Of a DNA stretch of 64,000 nt, positions 35,390-45,893 are shown piece after piece (positions within the stretch are counted from its first letter, which is position 1; every line of letters starts with the position of its first letter). Both the position numbers and the translations under genes were made by a program. Origin of the DNA: Entomortierella parvispora E1425 (Eukaryota; Fungi; Mortierellomycota); NCBI GenBank assembly GCA_020891255.1, contig BQFW01000005.1, positions 186,001 through 250,000 on the forward strand. Reading direction: 5' to 3'. Below the pieces are notes generated by a model. It had not been told where the DNA came from. It made no database searches and saw nothing but the letters and a program-made list of their open reading frames with translations.

Positions 35390-36043
35390 GTCGAGAAAAG
35401 TGAAAGGGGAGGAGCGTTGGGAAAAAGTAGATCAAGCGCGAAAGAGAAGAGCAGAAAAGAAGGGGAGGAGCTTTAATTCACTCAATTCACGAACGATGAC
35501 GCCCTTGTCCTCGAAAGAGAAGAGCGGGAAAGGGGTGAGGGTAGGAGAGAAGAGGAGATGGCAGGAGGGACAACGCACCCTCGTCCTTGGCAATGGCAGC
35601 GTCTCATGCAGTTGCAAGATAGGCAAAGCAAGTTCTTTTTTTTCCCAAACTCCCAGATGCGCAACGACGCCTCGTGGTGGATGGAAGGTGACACAGAGAG
35701 AACTGGTCCTGGATATCTCCCCTTCCCTCCATGACGCGTGGACTACGTCGTCCCCTCGTTCATCCTAGGCTCCTTTTTTTTCAGATCCCAGGTTGACCGA
35801 GCTCTCGTCATCAATCCTAGTCTCCCCTATTTTTGCATTTTGAGAAACCAGAAGGGAAAAGAGACGCCAAAGAGCGGGAGCTGGTGGCACATGGTCCGTG
35901 TCCCATTCGACCCGCGTGTCTCAAGGACAGACAAATGAAATGGAGTCCATGCGTGACCTTTTTTTTTTGGTCTCTCTTTTACCATATAATCCTCCCTTCC
36001 ATTGTTTACTGCTGTTTACCTTTACCCACGCCTCCATCCCCGT

Positions 36044-36102
36044 CTCATCCATATCCACATCCATATCCATATCCACATCTGCATCCACGTCCACGTCCAC
36101 AT
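36044..36102. repeat. Hexamer repeat (ATCCAC/ATCCAT/GTCCAC)n
   Basis: Seen directly, immediately upstream of the ATG at 36104. Confidence 0.8.
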
Positions 36103-36103
36103 C

Positions 36104-36564
36104 ATGAACAGCAATCACAAGAACAAGAGCCCCTCCAAGCAGGACAGCCGTCCAGTCATGGTCCACTCGACCCACTCCAACATGGAGACCTTTGACCAGG
36201 TCACACGCGAACAGGAAGCCGGAATCAGATCGTCCAATGTAGAGACCATGGCCACTACCCAGTCCACCACTGGCAGCTCTTCTTCTCGCCGTCAGCAGGA
36301 CCAGCAACGTCAGCTTCAGGAGGCCAACACTGGTATCCAGCTCGACAGAGATGTTCAACAGAGCCGTCGCATCGTCAATGATGCCTCCAAGGTAGCTCAG
36401 ATCACCTCGGCCTTTTGTCGCTTTACTTTTTGTGTACGAGTCCGAAAAGACCCAAGTCGCTAACGCTGTGCGCACCATCCACTTTTTGTTTTCCTACTTA
36501 GCCCCAGGGAGATAGTCGCTCGTGGAAGGGAGACAACCCCAACGAGCTGCCCTATGTCGAGTAA
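36104..36564 (+). CDS. Hypothetical small hydrophilic protein, 2 exons
   Basis: MNSNHKNK..VNDASK|gtagct..cttag|PQGDSRSWKGDNPNELPYVE*; phase-0 intron ~36392-36501. Confidence 0.55.
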
Positions 36565-36772
36565 CATGTTATCGACAGGATGAAAAACAACGGACCTATA
36601 CATCGAACCCTGTAAATATCTTTGGTTCACTTCATTAAACCACACAACAAGAACTCAGTTGTAATTTGAGGAGCCATTGTTTGCTGCCATGTCTTGATGG
36701 TCATGGTGAAAGTGGATGCACAGGTTATGTAGAAAGATGTGATATTATGGATGCTCGAGTCATTGGTGGTAT

Positions 36773-37624
36773 CTAGTTGGATCCGTTGGGGGCGTTGATA
36801 GGCTTGGGTGCAGAGGAAACTACTCGTATTCAAAAAGGTATAATGGATCGTCAACAATCTGCATTTTTCTTTACAATGCAAATATTGAGCGAGAGGAAGG
36901 ACTGATCGATTACCTTTTGGTGCCCGCTCATACGCGTTGACAGTCTTCTTTTTCGACTTTTTGGGCTTATGGTGGTGATGGTGGTGGTTCGGATCGCCAG
37001 CGTGCTCACATGCGCCGTCCTTGTCATCTCCGTCAGCAGCATCCCGCTTCTCCTTGCCTTTGCCGTTTCCTCGGCCTCCAAATGAGACGGGTCCACCATC
37101 CGATTCTGATCCAGAAGAGTCCGAGTCTGAAGACGACTCATCCGAGCTCTCGCCAAACTCTCTTTGTTTCTTGAAGATGCAGCAGACTGTAAGAGTGAAA
37201 GAATGAAAGGAGGAACCACAGCACGTTAGGAATGGATCGGGTACTAAATGAAATTAGTCTCAAAATGACGAGAGGGAAGAAGCTTACTCTTGGATTTTTT
37301 CTTGTTCATATGTTCGTTGTCAATGACATTGTCATCCCATTGGACTCGCCGCTCCTGTGTGTTGTCGGGCTCTCCAGTGAGATCCAGGATACCCTGGTGT
37401 GGGCCCTCTTCAATCGTCTCTGTAGGGTCCAAAATCATAGTCCTTGAACCGTGTGTTGCTGGACGGCGACCAGAACCGGCGACACGGGCACGACTTCCCG
37501 CACCTGCGCCAGCGCGGACGGGAATGTCTGAATCATTGTCACTACCGCTCCCTCTGTTCACGATGGCAACTGTGGTCGCTGCGGTGTTGGTAAAGCGAGA
37601 GGTGCCGTGGATAGTAGGCGCCAT
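36773..37624 (-). CDS. YPI1: Protein phosphatase 1 regulator Ypi1 / inhibitor-3 (PPP1R11-like), 3 exons
   Basis: RRVQWDDNVIDNEHMNKKKSK|ICCIFKK RVxW motif, acidic Ser tract, NAYERAPK; last exon inferred. Confidence 0.93.
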
Positions 37625-38075
37625 GGCTGGGAGTCGAAGGGAAGAAGAAGAGGTTGACAGATCGGTAATGAGCGGTGCTTGGAAGGTGCTCTGTTATTTT
37701 GATGCCTGAAATGAAGGCAGAGAGGGCCAAGAGATGGATGAGGGTCAATGAATGAAAATGGATGGACAAAGAAGAGACAGAAGAAGAAGAAGGATGCTGA
37801 TGACTGAGCAATGGATGCATGCCCTTTTTTTTTTTCATTGCATGCATGCAGAGGTCACGGGATAAACAGTCACGGATTTTTTTTCAGGTTCTCCGTCCTC
37901 TTCTGCCGCGCTTTGAGCTCGAACGCGCTTCCTCCTTTCATCATCCTCCACATCCAACCACCAAAAAGCGTCATCATTGCCAGTTGCTCTCACAGGAAAA
38001 CAACCAGGAGCAGGAACAAGCAGAAACAAGAATTGCATTGGAGCAGGACACAGATCTAGGAAGGAATTACACATC

Positions 38076-38836
38076 ATGATCTTCTCCATCTACATCATCA
38101 ACAAGGCTGGCGGTCTCGTATACAACAAGGACTATTCCGAGGGTCTCTCGAAGCTGACCTCAAACGAGTACCTTGTTCTTGCCGGAACCTTCCATGGGTA
38201 TGAACTTGTCAACTAGAGCTCAATGATTGCGAAGGATGACAGACCTCCCTCTAGACTTTTTTCCCCAGAGGTAGGTACCTAACCGTCTGAATCTCTGTTG
38301 TGCTGTTGTAGTGTCCACGCCATCACATCCAAGATTTCGCCAGTACCAGGATCCAGCGGCATTGAGATGCTCGAGACAGATTCATTCAGGATACATTGCT
38401 TCCAGACCCTGACAGGTACCTATACTCAGGATGTACTCTCTGGCACTTGAAATCTCTCATTTGTAGCCTCCTTCTGACTCCAAAATTTTCATCTTCGATA
38501 GGCACAAAGTTCCTCTTGGTGGCTGACCCTCAGCAACCATCGATCGACCACACAATGAAGAAAATCTATGAGACATACGCTGACTACTGTGTCAAGAACC
38601 CTTTCCAGAATCCAGAGATGCCTATTCGTTCCGAACAATTTGATGTCCATTTGCTCAAGCTTGTCAAGACCGTCGGAGGTCTTGTCCCCGCCAGCAACCC
38701 TTATATCGTCAACAGTCATTACAGCAGCGCCAATTTTAATACTAGTGGGACAGGAGGCCAACCCATGACTCCATCCAATTCGTTACCACCATCTCTTCCC
38801 AACATTGCGTCCTCTGGACTTGGTCTTGGTGCCTGA
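38076..38836 (+). CDS. TRS23: TRAPP complex subunit Trs23/TRAPPC4 (sybindin), 3 exons
   Basis: [31 protein letters not shown]|VHAIT, GIEMLET, CFQTLTG|[23 protein letters not shown]. Confidence 0.97.
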
Positions 38837-39024
38837 TAGGACATGGGTGCCCACCTACCAAGAATAAACAATATATCACCCACTTTCTGGAATGGATTGC
38901 ACGATATTGCTTGCAGATATACATTGCCAATTCCTATGGACGAACATGTTGTCAGCTTCATTGGTTTTGTTGTCCAAATAATAACATAAAAAAAATTCAT
39001 TAGAAGGAGAAATGACCGCACATC

Positions 39025-40103
39025 CCTTGGTTTTTTAAAACAAATCCTTGCCTGCACTCACGAGAGAGTTCCGACAAAAGGATTTCCGACCCCAAGTGAG
39101 TGCCTGGCATGGCAAACACGACTCGAAAATCTACTATGGGCGTCTCGGAAGAAAAAAAAAGTAAGTTAGTACAAAGTTGCCTCTCGGCTCCTATAACCTC
39201 TATCTCCAGCAATAACTTACAGACAAATGGGATGGAATGGCCGATTTGGACAGGAGATCAAAGGTCGAGGGGATTTTAGCGCAAGAATGTTTCTTTGACA
39301 GGTTGTGGCCACCCCTCTGCAAATCAAAATCGTGGCCATGGTTCGAACTTAGTGTCCATAGAGCAAAATGAACCTCTCACCCGGGGGGGAGGGGGGGGGG
39401 GTCTGCTCTTTCTCTCTCTACCTCTCTGGTTCTCCATCAGAGGCCAGATGGATTCGGTAGCAATGCCCGAGATGTAGGAAGAGAAGGACAATTCAAAGTT
39501 GGACTCTGGGAAAGCTATATTTATTTTCATATCTTTGAGCTCGCCGCTGTAAGTGCCGTCTGCTCTCTCTGGCTTTTCTGCTCCTCTATTTTCTCTCTTC
39601 AGATTGAGTAAAGAGAACACTGAGGTAGTTCATAGGAATAGGGGCGCTCTAATAAAGGCCGGGAATTGAGGTGACACGATGTTGATGGAGATCAAGATTC
39701 AGGCAGTCGTTTGCTGGATAGGACTTGTGGTGCTGAGTTGACGGAGCTTGGCCTTGAGGCATTGGTAAACTCGTTTGTCTGCCTAGTTTTTGGGCTGATC
39801 CGTGCGCTACCAACTTTCACTGCCCACGCCCATACCCATTCAACCATAATCCGCCTGGTAGAGCCTGTTTTTGACAGGGATGTTCCAGGGCAGACTGGGC
39901 ACTCTGATCGCGTGTGGTTGCTGCTGAGTTCGATTTTTCTGCACAACCGGCGTGCTTTTGAATTCAAACCTGAATTAGGGAGAGGTCCCGTGGATAGACA
40001 GAGACGTGGATCCAGGGTCAGATCACAGTGCACCTCCAAGAGCGGCCGTTGTCCTGAGTTGACTCCAATCCCAGAACAACCAAGGTCATTTCATGGGAGT
40101 TAG
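39025..40103 (+). pseudogene. Decayed gene relic (copy 3 of the dispersed repeat at its 5' end), possibly PD-(D/E)XK nuclease-like
   Basis: 39025-39086 is an inverted copy of the 19.5/22.1 kb repeat; intron-like GTAAGT..CAG segments (~39161-39221, ~39552-39602); many in-frame stops; 3' ORF has a GHSD..AFEFK pattern. Confidence 0.35.
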
Positions 40104-40241
40104 CAGACTTGTCCTGTTTAACCCGGCAGTTATACGGAACTCGAGCAGAACAGGGCCTCTCGGACCAACACACAGGTCGATGTATATGGGCTCGCTCACT
40201 CACTCGTGGGTCTTTGCCCGGTCGCATGGATGCAATGGTCA

Positions 40242-40320
40242 GACCTGTTCCAGGTGCCATGTCTGGTCTGAGCATTGACCTGTTCCAGGTGCCATGTCTG
40301 GTCTGAGCATTGACCTGTTC
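40242..40320. repeat. 35-bp tandem repeat GACCTGTTCCAGGTGCCATGTCTGGTCTGAGCATT x2.3, with inverted partial copies to ~40357
   Basis: Exact units 40242-40276 and 40277-40311, partial to 40320; ATGCTCAGACCA at ~40346-40357 is the reverse complement of part of the unit. Confidence 0.85.
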
Positions 40321-43013
40321 TGGTGAATGGGTGAATGCTCAAACCATGCTCAGACCAATGCGACCTTGCGTTTCCCCCCGACGCTCGCACGCGCCACACA
40401 CACGCGCACGCGCTCGCACCATGGCCCCAAGCCACCTGCTCCATGCTTTTTTTTTGCCTTTTGACTGTTTTTGCACCTCGATTGAAATCATTTTACCAAA
40501 TTACACCCTGGTACCGCAAATGTCGTTTGGCCGCAGAACACCCATATAAATACATAAGAGGAGACATAGAAAGGTAACAGATGGTGAAAAAGGACTCGGT
40601 GGGGGAGGCTGTATCAGCCAGGCCTGAGTGATCAGCGGGCGCAACATCGATGTCTACCGGGACGCCGGTAGTCTGCCTTTCTTTTGTTTTGCACGGCAAG
40701 GGTCCCTTTTTTGTGCGTTTGTGGCCCCTGCGGAGTGGAGTGGAGTGGTGGCCAGGAGGGAGGGACCAGGCTCAAGGACCATCCATCGTTGGCATCCCTA
40801 CTGTCTCTTGTCTGCATTTGCATGTCGCTCCTCATTGTTCGTTGTCCCTCTCATGCATCCCTGTCCCTCGCATGCATTCCTGTCCTCATGTATCCCAGTC
40901 CCTCTCATGCATTCCATTCTTGTCCAACTCGAGTCTCCGTCTCCTCTTGCCCTGGTCCTCGCCACCAATCCAATCTGACCACTGCTGAAATCGACTCTTT
41001 ACGCTGGCCTCCGACTTCTGTGCCTTCTTGTACCTGGACCATCGTGGCACCTGATGATATTACGACAATTCGGACCGGACATCCAAGTGGCTGGTCTGTG
41101 CTCATGTCCATCTGGTCCTCGAGCGAGACTTGAGAGCCTGAACAATGAAGTCTACCTACTCCAACATACCGTTTCAAAGTCTACGCGGGCCGTCGGGTTG
41201 CCCTTCGCCATCAACACTCGCAGGATGATGCTGTCACTCTTCAAGGACCAGGTATGAGGCCTTTATCGGGAGACTGATGCTTTGCGAACCTGGTTCCCCT
41301 GCAGCAATGACCTCCTTGTTGGGAAAGCTCAGACAACAGCAGCACCTTTGGTCCCTCCGACGCGTTTACAGGCTCGGTCGTTCTTGTCTTCAAGGACACC
41401 ATCCTTGCTTTCGGGCCTAGCGGGACCTGGTCAGTAGAGGTCTTCACAGCCACATCAAAAGTTTTCGCCTTTCCAACAGCCGGGAGTTCCTCTTTTCAAG
41501 GATACGAGCGACAGGATTTGGGAACAAAGGGGAAACACCGATCTTTCAGTTTTCTGGAACTGAATATAATCTCGTGGGCGATCTGGGCTTTGGACATCAG
41601 AGGCAAAGGAAAGGGCAAGGCGGTTGAGATCGACAACCACCTTGCCCAACGTGGACGAAGTCTGGGGCACACGTTCATCCTCCAAATGCACACTTATGAA
41701 AGTGTCCTTCTTTGGCGACAGGAGCCTGGATCACGGCAGCGTCATACATTCCAAGAACAAGGGCAGAAACAGCGTCGTCGCCATTCAAGGCAGGTGAGCC
41801 TGCCATGGCCCATCAAATCAACAGCCCCTCATTCCAGCATGCCAGAAGAATCTCCGTCGCTAAGCGAACTACTCGAGCGACGAAGAAAAAAAAGAGTAAC
41901 GAAGACGAAAACGAGAGCGAGAACTGGCGGCTCGAGGAGGAGATACTCCAGGAGCTAGAACAATAACCTCATCAGGGACAATAGCAACGGGCCATACTCC
42001 AATAAAATGCAGTTTGTTTTCTCTTTCATGCAAGCCGCGCCTGAGTTTCGGGGGTATCATCATAGACACAGGATAGGATGACAAAGGGGGGATGAGACAG
42101 CGAATATTTGGGTTACCCATCAATATACCTTTGGTCTCTTGGCTTTTGCTTTGGAGGTTCGCCAGGACCTTGCTTCCATGGTCTGCTCGGATTCCGTTTC
42201 GGTGTGTGCCGTTGTAGGCTTGCATGCCATGTTCTTGGTGGCACCAGAAGATCAGCTGAGAGCAGAAGGAAGACCCACCCGCCATCCCTAACATCCCCCG
42301 CCCTAGCCAAACTGCTCTCGCATTATCATGGCCACCAGATCAAGATGACCTGGCAGCCGCCCAGAGCACCTATCCAAAAGGATTCAAAGGTGAGCAATCC
42401 ACAATGTCCAGCCAGTTGTCAATAGTCATATAATTGTTTGAAGCAATGTTGTTTTTTCTCCACTCAAATCCCGCAATCATAGATATGGACCATGTTGCAC
42501 TTCCTGTTGCCAGGATTGACATAGGTATTTGTTGAAGAGAAAGTCTAGAGGAGCTTCGCCTGCTTCCTGTCATAGACCAAAAGAAACAGATGAAGATCCA
42601 CAACTCGAAGCCCGTCCTTCGAAATCAGCAACAAAAAAAAAAAAAAAAAAAAAGATGACACAGAGGTTGCTGGCTTTCTAGAGCACGCTCTTCCTATCCC
42701 CGAGGGAAGAGCGCATCACGATCTTGGGGGGTAAAGACCAAGTTTCACTTCCCAAACTCTCGGGCGGAAAGATGTGAGTCTCGAAAGTTACCTTGATAGA
42801 ACAAAGAGCTCAAAGCAGATCGGACCTTCCAAGGATTTGAAAAAAGGACAGAGAAAAGGAGAACGAGGTCTTTGCGTGTCTGGATTTCTCGCGTAGGCAC
42901 TCCCATGCATTTGTGTCCCCTTTTTATTTGAGGAGCTGGGGCGACACCAGCGCGACAGATGCCAGAACGTTTGAGGGAAAAAAAAGGAAGGTCCCCCCAA
43001 GGTCGGTGGAAAA

Positions 43014-43040
43014 CTAACCAACGACTGAGTCGTTGGTTAG
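43014..43040. repeat. Perfect 13-bp inverted repeat with 1-nt spacer (CTAACCAACGACT-G-AGTCGTTGGTTAG)
   Basis: Seen directly; ~65 bp downstream of the tRNA-Lys 3' end. Confidence 0.9.
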
Positions 43041-43106
43041 ATTCTTCGCACTTCAAGACTCTCTCAAGGAGCAGACACAAAAAAAAAAAAGAAAAAAAAA
43101 TAGTAG

Positions 43107-43179
43107 CGCCCAACGCGGGGGTCGAACCCGCAACTTTCAGATTAAAAGTCTGACACTCTACCGATTGAGTTAGCCGGGC
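43107..43179 (-). tRNA. tRNA-Lys (anticodon TTT), intronless
   Basis: GCCCGGCTAACTCAATCGGTAGAGTGTCAGA-CTTTTAA-TCTGAAAGTTGCGGGTTCGACCCCCGCGTTGGGCG cloverleaf; T-run terminator follows. Confidence 0.96.
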
Positions 43180-43237
43180 TTCAAGCGTGATTTCAAGTGA
43201 GTCATTGGCAGTGTTCAACTGAGGGCATTTAATTTAA

Positions 43238-43262
43238 ATCACGTGATCATCATTTCACGTGA
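43238..43262. promoter_or_regulatory. Two TCACGTGA E-box palindromes 16 bp apart in AT-rich DNA upstream of tRNA-Lys
   Basis: ATCACGTGAT at 43238-43247 and TCACGTGA at 43255-43262; function inferred only. Confidence 0.4.
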
Positions 43263-43563
43263 TAAATAATTAAGGGTATATTTTCCTTTTTTTACGCGCC
43301 ATTTTTTTTTTTTTTTTTTTTTGGCGGATGGGTATTTGGCGTAGAGGGGGTGTTGGGCTGAGTTGCGGGCAGAGGACGACAGCTTTTCTCCACCTACGTT
43401 CCCATCAGGGGAAAGGTTACGAAGATCCTTGGTTCTTACAATGGGGATATGGGGATATGGGGATATGGGGACATCCAAAGTTTTTTTTTTTTTTTTTTTT
43501 TTTTTTTTGGTGCATATGGGGGCAAACAAACAAACAATAGACGTGTCTTCAGCCGCCAAAGAA

Positions 43564-44409
43564 TTACCAATAGATCACCATCCAGAGCAATAACTCAAGG
43601 GCGACGAACAAAAGAGTTTTCAAGTAAGGAAGCAAGTAATAGAGTAAGAGTAATGGTACAAGGATGATCAAAACCAGAAAGCCGAGCAAAAGATCATACT
43701 GGAAGAGACCATATTTCGAGGCAGGGATGCCCTCCAAATTGTGGCAAGTTCTCAACTGCCAGGTTTGATGATGGTGTGTCAATCCCTCGGGCCTCAGACA
43801 AGGCTTGAGACCGTCGTAGTTATAGCCTTCGTCGCCCTGGGACGCTCCCACAAAGGTGCTCAACACCATGGTCGTCTTGTTACCAGATCCTGTGCTTTTC
43901 GCGGTAGTGCTGCTGGCACTTCTTATCGGACCACCATCAGAAACGCAACGTGGAACAGCGATATGCCCAGTGGCCGTTACCTCCCACACTGTCAAGTCTT
44001 TGTGAAAAACAGGACAAGTGGATAAAACCCAAGATTGAGTCTCGTCTTCTGGCCGGTTCGGAGGGTGCGCCAAATATTGGTTAGTCTCATAATCCTGAAT
44101 CGAGAATAAGCGATTCTGTCCGTTAGGTGAGCCTCCCAGATGCTTGAACTTCCACGGTCTTTCTCTTGAGAAAAAACCTCGATTTTCAATCGTCACATCG
44201 CTCTTCTTCCATTGCCGATCCTGGACGAGGCAGAGCTGTCTGGCGGATTGAAATTTCGTCTTCAACTCGATCGTGTAAAGAATAAATAGGATAGGCTGGT
44301 CCTTTGGGTCGAGAAAGCGCAGTCCCTCTTCATGCGGCCGTGGTGGCTGAAGGTCGACATGGGCGCTTGACGTTTTCAACTTTGGAGTGAGATGTTTTGA
44401 CAAAGTCAT
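43564..44409 (-). CDS. Intronless hypothetical protein (~281 aa), beta-trefoil/ricin-B-like W repeats with C-terminal TM anchor (paralog A)
   Basis: ATG at 44409; RPWKF, YLAH, TVWEV, QTWQL motifs; hydrophobic C-terminus; clear similarity to the neighbour at 44733-45565. Confidence 0.7.
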   Translation of the reverse strand: MTLSKHLTPKLKTSSAHVDLQPPRPHEEGLRFLDPKDQPILFILYTIELKTKFQSARQLCLVQDRQWKKSDVTIENRGFFSRERPWKFKHLGGSPNGQNRLFSIQDYETNQYLAHPPNRPEDETQSWVLSTCPVFHKDLTVWEVTATGHIAVPRCVSDGGPIRSASSTTAKSTGSGNKTTMVLSTFVGASQGDEGYNYDGLKPCLRPEGLTHHHQTWQLRTCHNLEGIPASKYGLFQYDLLLGFLVLIILVPLLLLYYLLPYLKTLLFVALELLLWMVIYW

Positions 44410-44732
44410 AAGGACCGAGGGTTGAAAACAGCAGATTTCAAGCAGTGCTAGTTTTGAAGACAAGGGAGGACATGGAAGAGAAGCAAAAGGAAACGGGAAA
44501 GAGGGGGAGGGCAAATAAGAAAAATTGTTGGCCTCCCCTCCTTTTTTTATTATGTATTGGGTGGGGTTGCCACGGACTTTGCGACCAAACCCCTGTGAGC
44601 ACTTTCGGCTTGGCCAAGAGGTGGCGAGGGGCACAGCAGCAGCAGCCTTCGAAAACAAAAACGAACAGTTTCCAGATCATTGTTTCCCAGGGTTGGCAAT
44701 ACTTTGCAAAGGCCCACCGAAATATCAGAACA

Positions 44733-45565
44733 TCAAGAACATGCACCCATCAAGAACACGCACCCTACGATCCCATACCAAGCTGCATATAATATCAGGA
44801 TATGATAGATATGATCCCAGATAAAGTAACCAAGGATCGCGAGTGCGCCAGAATAAAACAACGCGAGGGTGACCAACAAGCGTAGAACCACGTCAAACCA
44901 AGTGGCACGGGGACGGAGGAAAATTTTTTCCTTCCAAAAAATCTCTTCATTCCATGCAGATGCTGGCGTCAGTCGCCAGCCTCGATACTGATCATGAGAT
45001 TGCGCCGAGCATGCAAAAGGACCCAAGGTAGAGGTGAGAGTCTTATTCTTTGACTCTTCCAAGTATGAAAAGAGGCCGACCGTTTCCTCCATTCCTGTTG
45101 GAAAGTCAGAAGAGTAGGAGGGGACCACAATCTCATACGCTTCCACGTTTGCCCCTGACACACCCAAAGGCCGCAGTTCCCATGCGATATGATCTTCGTG
45201 GTCAAGAAGCGTCATGAACGCTTTCCAAGAGTTGGGCTTGTTCGCGGACTCGTTCCGCGAATGGGCAAGGTAATGACCATCGGCCTTGAAAGAGACCCTT
45301 GTGAAAGAACGTCCATGGGGTCCTTTCCCTGCTCCAAGACCTTTACATCCCATGCAGTTCCATGGTCCGACCGTTCACGTACTCGGATGCCAATATCCTC
45401 CTGTCCCCAGGTCCTCTTCTTGGCGAGGCGGAGTTCCTGCTTAGTTTCCATGGTCGTGCCAATATGGACATGGATGAAATAATTGCCATTCTTAATCTCG
45501 ACATCTCTGTCGATATCGCTGTAGTCGAAGCCAGAGGTAGATCTCTGGAATACATCGTAGTCCAT
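44733..45565 (-). CDS. Intronless hypothetical protein (~277 aa if -1 frameshifted at 45323-45329), paralog B; frameshifted gene or pseudogene
   Basis: Frame 1 MDYDVF..TAWDVKVLEQGK continues in the -1 frame as GPHGRSF..YLAHSRNESANKPNSWKAFMTLLDHEDHIAWEL, which aligns without gaps to YLAHPPNRPEDETQSWVLSTCPVFHKDLTVWEV of paralog A; C-terminal TM segments. Confidence 0.65.
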
Positions 45566-45893
45566 CGTGATTCGTAGTCCAGGCAAAACAACAGAGATCA
45601 GAGAGAGAGAGGGGGAGAGTGAGGAGAAGAAAAAAAAAGAAGCTTGGCTTGTTCCCACTCATTGCATGATTCTGTGAGCTCAGTATGGAGCACAGTGCCA
45701 CAAATTAGCAGTGTGGTTCAGCACAGAGGGCAACAATACATCATGCAGCCGCCACATTGAACAACACAGCTCCATTTTTTTTGTTTACGCAATTGAATCG
45801 ACTATCTACATGAAATAAAAAAGGCACTACATGATACAACTATTCAGTCAATGAGCGACCATGGACTGAAGAGATAGAGATGAAAAACAGAGA

